A program made the translations under genes and the position numbers. A stretch of 64,000 bases of DNA from assembly GCA_002269645.1 (NCBI GenBank), contig NIVC01002316.1:1-64000 (forward strand), read 5' to 3'. This document shows, piece after piece, positions 63,512-64,000 of this stretch. The stretch is from Macrostomum lignano (Eukaryota). Numbering within the stretch: the first letter of the stretch is position 1; every line of letters starts with the position of its first letter. The notes below the pieces were generated by a model. It worked only from the letters and a program-made list of their open reading frames with translations. It was not told where the DNA came from and searched no databases.

Positions 63512-64000
63512 GGAGTGTCATAGTTTGCAACAGTCGGATAAGTCAAAACGCCTTGTATTTCTGGGCCATAGCCCACTAATATCTTGAGAGTGTCATACTT
63601 AACGCTCGCAGCAGTCTACTTAGAGTAGGATTTCTGCGAATTTATAAATCACGCGAATGTTTCAATAATGGGCTCACGAAAATATAACAGACAGTTCCCA
63701 TAGCACTGGGTTCCTCTACTTGAGTGACATTTCATAAATTCTGTACGGCAAATAAAGCTATAATGCGCTGCAGTTTATTGACAGGAAGTGGCCACGAGCT
63801 ATGCCGTGATTAAAAGAGTGAAGTTTCATTTACCTGGCAGGAATCCAAACTCAGAATTGCTTCCGATATGACTAAACTTGGACTAAAAACTTTATTCAGA
63901 CTTTAAGCACTTTTTTACCTTTTGAAATGAGCATTGCGCAGTTTTGTGCCATTGTTAACTAGAAAATTATTTAAAAGCTTTTTTTAACTGTCAGATGATT

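Noticed and set aside
62857-63576. 239-aa ORF with ATG (DSSTLK repeats)
   Set aside because: Almost entirely minisatellite, with no non-repetitive domain or splice support.

Overview
Eukaryotic (metazoan) genomic DNA: GT-AG introns, many about 50 nt, larger introns filled with minisatellites, and GC-rich exons. This style resembles the flatworm Macrostomum; that is inference, not proof. Gene models below were built by hand from splice sites and frame checks. (1) A six-exon TASOR/FAM208-like gene (pseudo-PARP DUF3715 + SPOC-like, the HUSH scaffold architecture) with an RS-rich tail, 2296-6370 minus. (2) A Ser/Thr-rich ORF ending in an EEGEI (ARS2-recruitment-like) motif, with a small spliced ORF just upstream. 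(3) An orphan three-exon gene head-to-head with an intronless SLC22 transporter. (4) A nested transposon graveyard at 22-30 kb: a CpG-depleted Penelope/GIY-YIG relic with a decayed hammerhead, cut by 8-bp-TSD DNA elements. (5) A sacsin-like gene (SRR2, SRR3, degenerate J, HEPN) with five phase-0 introns and about 8 frameshifts clustered in its 3' end. (6) An NFIL3/vrille bZIP gene whose probable start codon lies inside a 23-bp minisatellite. About 15 distinct tandem arrays produce most of the spurious ORFs in the track. No CRISPR or prokaryotic features were seen.
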